DNA of 34,005 nucleotides from a virus, in IMG/VR virus record IMGVR_UViG_3300017814_000057. One strand, 5' to 3'. This document shows, in pieces, positions 1-7,874 of the stretch. A program made the translations under genes and the position numbers. Below the pieces are notes generated by a model, which saw only the letters and a list, made by a program, of their open reading frames with translations, ran no database searches and was not told the origin of the DNA. Each line of letters starts with the position of its first letter. Position 1 is the first letter of the stretch.

Positions 1-127
1 ATAAAGACATATTGTATTTCTGCGATCCGGAAAAAAATAAGAAATGCAACAAAAGGTTGTGCTTTAAAAACGATGGCCCATGCCATAGCACCCCAAATCC
101 TGAGTATGCATTTATCTCAGGCGTTCA
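1..127. repeat. Terminal direct repeat, copy 1 (identical to 33879..34005)
   Basis: By direct comparison, ataaagacatattgtatttctgcgatcc...tttatctcaggcgttca is present at both ends. Confidence 0.95.
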
Positions 128-197
128 TAATAGGCCTGCGGTCGCGGGAATAATAACTTACACCAAACAACACCCTGAAGGAAAAATACTCAAATAA
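1..197 (+). CDS. 3' part of a wrap-around Cys-rich small protein (ORF starts at 33854; 73 aa on the circle)
   Basis: The track ORF 12..197 is in frame with ATG 33854 through the repeat. CDPEKNKKCNKRLCFKNDGPCH looks like a Cys/His metal-binding cluster. Confidence 0.6.
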   Translation, partial: KDILYFCDPEKNKKCNKRLCFKNDGPCHSTPNPEYAFISGVHNRPAVAGIITYTKQHPEGKILK

Positions 198-210
198 GGA
201 GGCGATTAAA

Positions 211-450
211 ATGCTGAGAAGTATAAATATCTGCATAGGCGTACTCACAGGAATAATGATCATCTTTATGTTCGAGTGCGCATCTATGTTTTTCTACTGC
301 TTTGAGCCGGTATCGTTTCAGGTGCTGCAGCGAAGCACGGTCATTATGATAGTGGCCGGATCCGCTACAGTTATAACCGCAATAATAACCTCAATCAGAC
401 TACACCGGACATATCTCGAATTGCTTCGAGGCGCAAAGGAGAAAAAATGA
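211..450 (+). CDS. Small integral membrane protein
   Basis: 79 aa with hydrophobic helices (GVLTGIMIIFMFECASMFFY, VIMIVAGSATVITAIITSI). GGAGG lies upstream, and the stop overlaps the next start (ATGA). Confidence 0.6.
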   Translation: MLRSINICIGVLTGIMIIFMFECASMFFYCFEPVSFQVLQRSTVIMIVAGSATVITAIITSIRLHRTYLELLRGAKEKK

Positions 451-1154
451 AACCAATATATAAACCTGCCGGCGCCGCCGGTGAATATGCTAATCTTGCA
501 ATAAATATATATACCGGGTGCCCACATGGCTGCACATACTGTTATGTACCAGGCATTATACGCCGGAGTAGGGAAAAATTTCACACGAATGTACGGCCCA
601 GAGAAAATATAGTTGAAGAGGTCCAGAAACAGATAAAGAAAGAACAGATACGAGGCAAGCTGATACACCTATGTTTTACTTGCGATCCGTACCCTACAGG
701 ATATGACTGTTCGCCGACCCGGGAAATTATAAAAACAATAAAGCAATCCGGCAATCATGTCCAGATATTAACAAAAGGAGACGGCAGCAGAGACATGGAT
801 CTGTTAGATGAAAACGACTGGTACGGAACAACCATTACATGTACTGGCGAGCAAAGATTGTTTACAGAACCAAACTCAATACCTACACTATCGCGGCTTG
901 AAAATCTGGAAAAAGCCAAGAAAAAAGGCATCAAGACATGGATATCGTTTGAACCTGTCATATCGCCAGACGCAGTTATAAGCTGCATCATTGGATATTT
1001 TGACTGGTTTGACAAGATAATGATAGGCAAACTGAACCATCATAAATCAGATACTGACTGGGCCGCATTTGGAAGAGCGATAGAGAATGTCTGTAAAGAA
1101 ACCGGAGTGGACTACTACATAAAAGATAGCCTCAGAGAGGAAATGAAAAAATGA
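447..1154 (+). CDS. Radical SAM enzyme, SplB/COG1533-like (single 4Fe-4S motif)
   Basis: CX3CX2C sits in NIYTGCPHGCTYCYVPG near the N-terminus. There is no SPASM-like C-terminal Cys cluster. Length is 235 aa. Confidence 0.7.
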   Translation: MKPIYKPAGAAGEYANLAINIYTGCPHGCTYCYVPGIIRRSREKFHTNVRPRENIVEEVQKQIKKEQIRGKLIHLCFTCDPYPTGYDCSPTREIIKTIKQSGNHVQILTKGDGSRDMDLLDENDWYGTTITCTGEQRLFTEPNSIPTLSRLENLEKAKKKGIKTWISFEPVISPDAVISCIIGYFDWFDKIMIGKLNHHKSDTDWAAFGRAIENVCKETGVDYYIKDSLREEMKK

Positions 1155-1495
1155 ACCCGAAATATGCAGATCTCACCCATGAAGAATTTGTATCAGCATT
1201 GCATGATATGACGGCAATGGGAATGACATATGATCAAATAAGCGAAGAAACCAATGTACCGAAAGGAACAATCGGGTTTTGGATAACCAAAATAAGACAT
1301 GGAGAGACGATACCATGGCCATATAAGGGCAGACCTACAAAGAGACCTGGACGGTGCAAGAAAATAAGACTATCCAAAATAGGAGAATGTTACCGAGATA
1401 AACCTTTGCCGGAACAAGATTATGCCAAACTGCAGAAACGGGAAACACTCATGATCGTAAAGGCAAAAGCGATCTTGAAGGAGGACAAAAAATAA
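1151..1495 (+). CDS. Helix-turn-helix DNA-binding protein
   Basis: MTYDQISEETNVPKGTIGFWITK is an HTH-like segment. The rest is basic, and an ATGA overlap couples it to the radical SAM gene. Confidence 0.5.
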   Translation: MNPKYADLTHEEFVSALHDMTAMGMTYDQISEETNVPKGTIGFWITKIRHGETIPWPYKGRPTKRPGRCKKIRLSKIGECYRDKPLPEQDYAKLQKRETLMIVKAKAILKEDKK

Positions 1496-1707
1496 TGAAA
1501 GACATTGAATATAACATAGAAGAACATATAGCCACTATAAGCAGTAATAATAGCGGATGGTCTCTTGAGATCAACAGAGTCTCATGGGACGATAAGCCCG
1601 CGAAGATAGATATCAGATCCTGGAATGAGAACCATACCAAGATGGGCAAAGGCCTGCGTCTGTCAGACGAAGAATATCAAAAGCTGCAGGAATATTTTAG
1701 AAGGTAA
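1495..1707 (+). CDS. PC4/YdbC-like ssDNA-binding protein
   Basis: 70 aa. GWSLEINRVSWDDKPAKIDIRSWNENHTKMGKGLRLSDEEYQKL closely follows the bacterial YdbC (PC4-fold) pattern as I remember it. Confidence 0.6.
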   Translation: MKDIEYNIEEHIATISSNNSGWSLEINRVSWDDKPAKIDIRSWNENHTKMGKGLRLSDEEYQKLQEYFRR

Positions 1708-1766
1708 TAAAAGAATGATTACAGCATACGCAAAAAGAATAAAAGGATAATAGAAAGGAGCAGATA

Positions 1767-2120
1767 ATGATTCGCTTTATAAACAAAGATATATCTCATT
1801 TCATAGCCTTCCTAAACAATCAGTATCCAACACCACAAACTGTATATATACATATTCTTGAAGGCTATGACACAGTTGACACAAATAAAGGCAAAGGCTT
1901 CGGAGTATTTAGAACTGATACTAAAGAGATATTTGTAGCAGGAGATATGCCGGATGAACAGTCACTGTTTGAAACAATTGCTCATGAATATTACCATTTT
2001 ATTGAAAGCTTAAGATTTAATAATAAAAATTATGACGAAGGCAAAGCGACAAGATTCGCAGAACATGCATATGAGAAATATAAGCGTATACAGGAAATGT
2101 GGGAATTTGGCAGACTTTAG
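1767..2120 (+). CDS. Small HExxH protein (putative zinc metallopeptidase-like)
   Basis: IAHEYYHFIE contains HExxH. Length is 117 aa, with AGGAG upstream. Confidence 0.45.
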   Translation: MIRFINKDISHFIAFLNNQYPTPQTVYIHILEGYDTVDTNKGKGFGVFRTDTKEIFVAGDMPDEQSLFETIAHEYYHFIESLRFNNKNYDEGKATRFAEHAYEKYKRIQEMWEFGRL

Positions 2121-2158
2121 ATGAATTAATCTTCCATTATATATATAAGGAAAGCAGA

Positions 2159-2174
2159 GCGCCTAAAGAGGCGC
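2159..2174 (+). promoter_or_regulatory. GC hairpin (GCGCCT-aaag-AGGCGC) after a (TA)5 tract, directly upstream of rep
   Basis: A perfect 6-bp stem with a 4-nt loop lies inside the 96-nt non-coding gap 2121..2216. This is a candidate nick or origin element only. Confidence 0.3.
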
Positions 2175-2216
2175 ATAAGATGTCCGTAAGAGTATTAATA
2201 ATCCGTAGAGGTAAGC

Positions 2217-3044
2217 ATGAATATCATAAAAGAGACATGCGTCGCTGGCGCCTGTATAGACACCACATATAAATTTTCTACCAGGTTCATGAAGCACGAA
2301 GGGAAAAGAGCACCGAGAATGAATCCTACTCCGGAAGATGTCTGGAAGGTAAACACGAGAAATGCCGAAAGGGACCTTGCCAGGATATTAAATCATAATT
2401 TCGGTCCTGGAGACTGGCATCTGGTGCTGACATACAGGGCCGAACCCACAGCAGCAGAGGCAAAGAAGCACAAAGAATATTTCTGCCGGCTGGTTAAGGG
2501 CTGGGCAGACAGGAACGGAAAAAAATTCAAGTGGATTGCTGTCACAGAATATAAACACGCAAGGATCCATCACCATGTCGTATGCTCACACCTTCCGCTG
2601 GAGATTATAAACGAGTTGTGGAAGCGTGGACATGTAAGAGTGACGCCACTGGACAAGACCAGGAACTATACGAAGCTGGCACATTACTTAGTAAAAGAGA
2701 CATCCAAAACATACAGAGATCCAGACAGTGTGAACCATCGCCGCTGGACATGCAGCAGGAATATAGTCAGGCCGGAAGTGAAAAGGCAGATAGTATCTGA
2801 ACGAGAAATATATAAAGACATAAAGCCGCTGAAGGGCTACTACATCGATCAGGACTCTATCCGCAGGTATGACCATAAGGTCACAGGTCTGCCACATCTG
2901 GAATATATACAGGTGGCTACCGAGCAGCCGAGATATAAGCGGTGGTACAAAGGGGCAACTGTAAAGCGAACTGAAAACTATAATCATCTGCTGCGTCATG
3001 AAAAGCAGCTGGCTTTTAGTATGATCGGAGAGGTGGACGAATGA
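2217..3044 (+). CDS. HUH rolling-circle replication initiator (Rep, ORF2/G2P-like)
   Basis: The three RCR motifs occur in order: WHLVLTY (I), ARIHHHVVCS (HUH, II) and AHYLVKETSK (YxxK, III). Confidence 0.7.
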   Translation: MNIIKETCVAGACIDTTYKFSTRFMKHEGKRAPRMNPTPEDVWKVNTRNAERDLARILNHNFGPGDWHLVLTYRAEPTAAEAKKHKEYFCRLVKGWADRNGKKFKWIAVTEYKHARIHHHVVCSHLPLEIINELWKRGHVRVTPLDKTRNYTKLAHYLVKETSKTYRDPDSVNHRRWTCSRNIVRPEVKRQIVSEREIYKDIKPLKGYYIDQDSIRRYDHKVTGLPHLEYIQVATEQPRYKRWYKGATVKRTENYNHLLRHEKQLAFSMIGEVDE

Positions 3045-3448
3045 AACGGAAAGATGTTGAACAGCTTCGAGAACTCATAGCACAGTCCAGATCTGTCAAG
3101 ATATCCATGATTCATCCGGAACGCATCATGGTCAGCGACTGGTATAATGACTATCGATCCGGCAAAGCTATACCAAAACCGATGGCCGGATATGATGATG
3201 GCCAGACAAAATACAAAGAACTGGAGAAAGAGCTGAGGGAGCTGAATAAGCGAATAGACCTGAAGGTTCAGGAAATAGAAGCATGGCTTGATTCACTGGA
3301 ACATCGGATAGATCCCATGATGTATGCCATACTCCGTAACTACTACCGGAACGGAATGTCACAGGAAGACATAGGTCTTGAGGTGGGCTATGCTCAGTCA
3401 AGTGTACATAACAAAATCGAAGAGTTTTGGACTGGAAATAAACATTGA
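3041..3448 (+). CDS. ArpU/RinA-like late-gene transcriptional activator (sigma region-4-like HTH)
   Basis: The C-terminal YYRNGMSQEDIGLEVGYAQSSVHNKI looks like an HTH. It is the last gene before the HNH/terminase block. Confidence 0.6.
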   Translation: MKRKDVEQLRELIAQSRSVKISMIHPERIMVSDWYNDYRSGKAIPKPMAGYDDGQTKYKELEKELRELNKRIDLKVQEIEAWLDSLEHRIDPMMYAILRNYYRNGMSQEDIGLEVGYAQSSVHNKIEEFWTGNKH

Positions 3449-3475
3449 TAAGATTGATAATGGATCTGTGATATT

Positions 3476-3817
3476 ATGTTATTGGAGATAAATAACCAGG
3501 ACCGGAGGCCGAAAGGCTTCCGGCTTTTTAATGCCATGAATTATAAAAACAAACGCTGGAAGATACTGAGAGAACGGAGACTGAAGAAGGACGGATATCT
3601 TTGTGCTGAGTGCAGACGATACGGAAAGCATGTCGATGCGACCGTTGTACATCATGTTTACCCTGCAGAAGATCATCCTGAGTGGAGATATAAGCTCTGG
3701 AACCTTATAAGTCTATGTCCTCAGTGCCATGACAAAATGCATGACCGTATTACTAAAAAATTGACAGCACCTGGAATTGATTTGCAGAAAAGAACCCCCC
3801 CACCCCCGGAGGAATAG
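3476..3817 (+). CDS. HNH endonuclease (terminase-associated)
   Basis: It carries CAECRRYG...HHVYP...NLISLCPQCHDKMH, and sits next to terS/terL as in cos-type HK97-like phages. Confidence 0.85.
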   Translation: MLLEINNQDRRPKGFRLFNAMNYKNKRWKILRERRLKKDGYLCAECRRYGKHVDATVVHHVYPAEDHPEWRYKLWNLISLCPQCHDKMHDRITKKLTAPGIDLQKRTPPPPEE

Positions 3818-3840
3818 AATCTGCTGGCTGGAGACCGGGG

Positions 3841-3877
3841 TCAGAAATCATTTCCATATCTGAAATGATTTTTCTGA
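3841..3877 (+). promoter_or_regulatory. Long hairpin between the HNH and terS genes (terminator or cos-region element)
   Basis: tcagaaatcatttc (3841-3854) pairs with gaaatgatttttctga (3862-3877) with a small bulge, and is followed by a G-rich gagggggac. Confidence 0.35.
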
Positions 3878-3981
3878 AGAGGGGGACTTAAATATATAAA
3901 AAACAAAAAAAGAGCATCTTCAAAAACAGGTCAAAAAAAACACGGAAATGAAGAGGAAAACAATATGTTTGGTTAAAAAAG

Positions 3982-4374
3982 GTGATGAAAATGGCACTTT
4001 CTGAAGAAGACAAAAAAATAAACAAGATATTCCGGAAGACAAAAAAAGCCATGGAATCTTTAGAGGTGTATCAGAAAGAATTCGACCCTGTGATCAAAGC
4101 ATATGCCCGTGTCAGATATCAGCACGACATCATAAATGCCAAGTGGGAAGAAAGCGGCATGGAGATCACGGAAGAATATACGAATAAGAACGGATCCATG
4201 AACCGCCGCAAGACAGCCGAATATCAGGCCCTCGAAACGATACGCCGGGACTTGCTCAATTATGAGAATGTCCTCGGGCTGACTCCTATAGGATTGAAGA
4301 AAATAAAGCAGAAGGCTCTGAAGAAGCGGGGAAAAAGCAAACTGATAGAAGGGATAAATGACTGTGACAGTTAA
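3982..4374 (+). CDS. terS: Terminase small subunit (P27-family-like)
   Basis: 130 aa, K/E-rich, with ...[14 protein letters not shown]... near the C-terminus. It overlaps the terL start. Confidence 0.75.
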   Translation: MMKMALSEEDKKINKIFRKTKKAMESLEVYQKEFDPVIKAYARVRYQHDIINAKWEESGMEITEEYTNKNGSMNRRKTAEYQALETIRRDLLNYENVLGLTPIGLKKIKQKALKKRGKSKLIEGINDCDS

Positions 4375-6085
4375 ACATTTTGACGAAGTTATGCAATATG
4401 CAGAAGATATCATAGCTGGCAGGATCAGAGCGAACGAATATCGGATAAAAAGCTGTCAGAGATTCCTTGATGATATCAATGATCCGGATTACGAAGTCAA
4501 AATAAAAGACGCGGATTTTGTAATAAATCTTATAGAGCGTCAGTTCGTACATGAACAGGGTGAGACCATACCGGGAAAGCCATTACTGGGAGCGCCTTTT
4601 CTGCTTAGTGCATATCACAAATTTATCATCTTCGGGATACTGTCGATTTTTCATAAAGGGACCGATATCAGGAAGTACAAAGAAGCATTTATATATATAC
4701 CGCGTAAGAACGCAAAAACAACATTTACCGCTGCGCTTTCTTGGGCGCTGGGGATTCTGCAGCGCAAGAGCGGATCAAAGATATATCTCGTATCCGGAGC
4801 GCTTAAACAGTCGCTGCAGGCTTTCGATTTTCTTAAGTTCAATGCTCTCAGGCTTCTGGAAGATGAAGATGAGGATTCGTACAGGATCATAGATAATAAT
4901 AATGAGCATAGCGTAACTGTCAATTTCGGAGACGGGTTTCTCAAAATAGAGGCACTGGCAGCCAATCCGGACGTACATGACTCTTTTAACTGCAATATAG
5001 CCATAGCGGACGAAGTGCATGCTTTCAAAAAAACTAAGCAGTATAACCTTTTCAAAGAGGCCATGAAAGCATATACGAATAAGCTCATGATCGGGATTAC
5101 GACCGCCGGCGACAATATGAATAGTTTTTGCTACCGCCGGCTTGTATATGCAAAAAAAGTGCTGGATAAGACTGTAGAGGATAAAGAGCTTTTTATATTC
5201 ATAGCAGAAGCAGATCCGGACAAAAACGGAAATATAGATTATACGAATCCTCTGGTGCAGGAAGAAGCCAACCCGGCATACAATATCATAATAAGACCTG
5301 ATGAAATACTCAATGAAAGTATCCAGGCAATGAATGATCCGCAGCAGCGAAAAGATTTTCTTTCGAAGTCATTGAATGTATATACATCGGCCATGAAGGC
5401 ATATTTTGATATAAGCGAATTCCAGAAGAGCGATGAGAAATATGACTGGACCATGGATGAACTCAAAAGAATGCCGATTAAATGGTATGGCGGATCTGAT
5501 CTGTCCAAACTGTATGACCTTACAGCCGGTGTTTTGGCAGGCATGTATGAAGATATCCTGATAATGATACCGCATGCATGGTTCCCGATTATAAAAGCAA
5601 AGGAAAAGGCTGAAGAGGATAATATCCCGCTGTTCGGTTGGCAGGATGACGGCTGGCTCGATATGTGCAATACTCCGACTGTCAACCTGGCCGACATCGT
5701 GCAGTGGTATATCGATAAAAGAAAATCAGGATTCAAGATCAAGCAGGTCGGACATGACAGAAAATTTGCCCGGGAATATTTCCTGCTGATGAAGAGGCAC
5801 GGATTCAATATCATAGACCAGCCGCAGTATTTTTATAAAAAGTCAGAGGGCTTCCGGTTCATCGAAAAAAAGGCGAAAGACGGAAAGCTTTATTATATGC
5901 ACGCAGAGCCATATGAATATTGCGTGCAGAACGTGCGTGCAATCGAGAAAACAGACGACATGATCCAATACGAAAAAGTTGAAAAAACGATGCGAATAGA
6001 CATTTTTGACGCATCGGTTTTTGCAGTAGTCAGAATGCTTGAAGATCTTGGAGTAAAGGACAATCTGCATAACTGGTTCGGATGA
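4358..6085 (+). CDS. terL: Terminase large subunit
   Basis: 575 aa with a Walker A-like IPRKNAKTT and a Walker B-like NIAIADEVH. It lies upstream of the portal gene. Confidence 0.9.
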   Translation: MTVTVKHFDEVMQYAEDIIAGRIRANEYRIKSCQRFLDDINDPDYEVKIKDADFVINLIERQFVHEQGETIPGKPLLGAPFLLSAYHKFIIFGILSIFHKGTDIRKYKEAFIYIPRKNAKTTFTAALSWALGILQRKSGSKIYLVSGALKQSLQAFDFLKFNALRLLEDEDEDSYRIIDNNNEHSVTVNFGDGFLKIEALAANPDVHDSFNCNIAIADEVHAFKKTKQYNLFKEAMKAYTNKLMIGITTAGDNMNSFCYRRLVYAKKVLDKTVEDKELFIFIAEADPDKNGNIDYTNPLVQEEANPAYNIIIRPDEILNESIQAMNDPQQRKDFLSKSLNVYTSAMKAYFDISEFQKSDEKYDWTMDELKRMPIKWYGGSDLSKLYDLTAGVLAGMYEDILIMIPHAWFPIIKAKEKAEEDNIPLFGWQDDGWLDMCNTPTVNLADIVQWYIDKRKSGFKIKQVGHDRKFAREYFLLMKRHGFNIIDQPQYFYKKSEGFRFIEKKAKDGKLYYMHAEPYEYCVQNVRAIEKTDDMIQYEKVEKTMRIDIFDASVFAVVRMLEDLGVKDNLHNWFG

Positions 6086-6097
6086 AAGGGGATATAG

Positions 6098-7279
6098 ATG
6101 CGAAATCCTTTTAAAAAACAGAGCAGCTCACGAAGCGCTCTGGCATATTTCCTGAGAAATGATGATAGCGATGTCTACATACCAGGATATCATCTGGCAC
6201 GCAATTGCGACGAAGTAAAACGATGCGTAAACGTCATAGCGGACTATGTATCGAACATGACCATAATGCTTCTGAGCAATACGGACAAAGCCGGTGATGA
6301 CCGTATAAGAAACGGCCTGTCCAGGTTCATAGACATAACACCATGCAAGACCATGACGCGGAAAGCATTTATACAGCATATCGTAAATGAAATGTATATC
6401 AAGGGGAATGCAGTCTGCCTGCCTGAGTTCGATAATAGCGGACATCTGACAAATCTCAGGCCGTTGCTCAACCCGCAGTTCATAGAAGACCCAGTAAACG
6501 ATTCATACAAAATTCTGTACAACGGTATATCTTTCGAACCGGATGAAGTCCTGCATTTTGTACGAAAACCGAATAAAAGCAAGCCATATAAGGGAGTCGA
6601 CTGCGTAGACTCTCTTACAAATACAATCCAAAACCTTTTACAAGCCCAAGTTACCAAAAAAGGTTTCCTGCGTAGCGAATGGAAACCGTCGTTGGTGGTC
6701 AGTGTAAGCGCAGACGCTGAAGAGCTCCAGGATAAGGAGCTACGCGAAAAAATACTCAAAAGCTACACAGAGACTAATCGAGCCGGAGAACCATGGCTCA
6801 TACCTGCAGGCGAAATCGACGTAAAAGAAGTAAAACCGCTGTCACTTGCTGATCTGGCTATTCAGGACGGACTCAACCTGGATATAAAATGCGTGGCTGC
6901 GGATCTTGGCGTACCTCCGTATGATATCGGAATTGGAGAATTCTCAAAAGATGCGCATAACCATTTCATCGGTTCAACAGTATATTTCACGGCTACGGTT
7001 ATAGCGCAGGAGCTTACCAGAAAAATACTCTATAAGCCGGAATGGTATGTCAAGTTCAACAATAAATCATTGATGCAATTTACACCTGCAGAAAAAATGA
7101 CAATGGTCGGAGCATTGACGGACAGGGGGATACTCACCAGAAACGAGGGCCGCACCGAGTTCGACTATCCGCCTGTAGACGATCCGGAAATGGATGAGCA
7201 CCAGGTACTTGAGAACTATATTCCGATAGACAAGCTCGGATCACAAAAAAAACTGGAAGGAGGAAAAGATGACAAATAA
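6098..7279 (+). CDS. Portal protein (HK97 family)
   Basis: 393 aa, between terL and the prohead protease. It has a typical C-terminal GILTRNEGR motif. Confidence 0.85.
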   Translation: MRNPFKKQSSSRSALAYFLRNDDSDVYIPGYHLARNCDEVKRCVNVIADYVSNMTIMLLSNTDKAGDDRIRNGLSRFIDITPCKTMTRKAFIQHIVNEMYIKGNAVCLPEFDNSGHLTNLRPLLNPQFIEDPVNDSYKILYNGISFEPDEVLHFVRKPNKSKPYKGVDCVDSLTNTIQNLLQAQVTKKGFLRSEWKPSLVVSVSADAEELQDKELREKILKSYTETNRAGEPWLIPAGEIDVKEVKPLSLADLAIQDGLNLDIKCVAADLGVPPYDIGIGEFSKDAHNHFIGSTVYFTATVIAQELTRKILYKPEWYVKFNNKSLMQFTPAEKMTMVGALTDRGILTRNEGRTEFDYPPVDDPEMDEHQVLENYIPIDKLGSQKKLEGGKDDK

Positions 7280-7874
7280 AGCAGACAGCATACAAATGCG
7301 GCACTCATATATGCCCGGGAATCACAGGCTGACAACCCGCGAAGGAATGAACAATGAAAAGTATATACAGGGATATTTCATAGTTTTCAATCAGCGTACA
7401 GAGCTTTGGCCTGGAGTTTTTGAGCAGGTTGCGCCCAGCGCTGCCGATGAATCTGTCGCAAATAATGATATCCGGTGTTTGTATAACCATGACAGCAACA
7501 TTATTTTAGGCAGAAAATCAGTCAACACAGCGGACTTCAGGATAGATTCAAAAGGCCTGTGGGGCGAAGTGCTGATAAATGAAAATGATACAGATGCCCT
7601 TAACGCATATGAACGTGTGAAAAGAGGCGACATAAGCGGATGTAGCTATGGATATTATCCGGAGGCCGAAAGCTACGAAGAGCTTGCCGATGGATCTGTT
7701 TTATGGACAGAAGAAAAAGTTGACATCAAAGAAGTGTCCATATGCACATTCCCTCAATATGAGCAGACAGAAGTCGAAGCCAGATCAAAAGAATATGCTG
7801 CTCATAAAGGCAAACATGCCGAACAGCGAAAAAAAGAACTTAAAAAAAGATTGGAGGATCTGAAAAATGCTTAA
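7269..7874 (+). CDS. Prohead serine protease (HK97 family)
   Basis: It carries LYNHDSN and ISGCSYGY motifs, and sits between the portal and capsid genes. Confidence 0.8.
   Translation: MTNKADSIQMRHSYMPGNHRLTTREGMNNEKYIQGYFIVFNQRTELWPGVFEQVAPSAADESVANNDIRCLYNHDSNIILGRKSVNTADFRIDSKGLWGEVLINENDTDALNAYERVKRGDISGCSYGYYPEAESYEELADGSVLWTEEKVDIKEVSICTFPQYEQTEVEARSKEYAAHKGKHAEQRKKELKKRLEDLKNA

Noticed and set aside
1-127. The terminal repeat as a biological direct terminal repeat of the virion DNA
   Set aside because: An exact length of 127 nt, its position inside a gene, and the HNH/P27-TerS cos-type packaging module all argue for an assembly overlap.
1-1154. RiPP (sactipeptide/ranthipeptide-like) cluster: Cys-rich peptide, membrane protein and radical SAM enzyme
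   Set aside because: The radical SAM protein is short (235 aa) and lacks a SPASM/twitch auxiliary-cluster domain or a RiPP recognition element. The Cys-rich protein looks like a metal-binding fold rather than a leader-core peptide. I keep it only as a low-probability idea.
3795-3807. The C7-A-C5 tract in the HNH gene as a phase-variation switch
   Set aside because: It lies 10 codons from the natural stop and encodes a PPPP tail. A length change would only alter the extreme C-terminus, so there would be no obvious functional switch.
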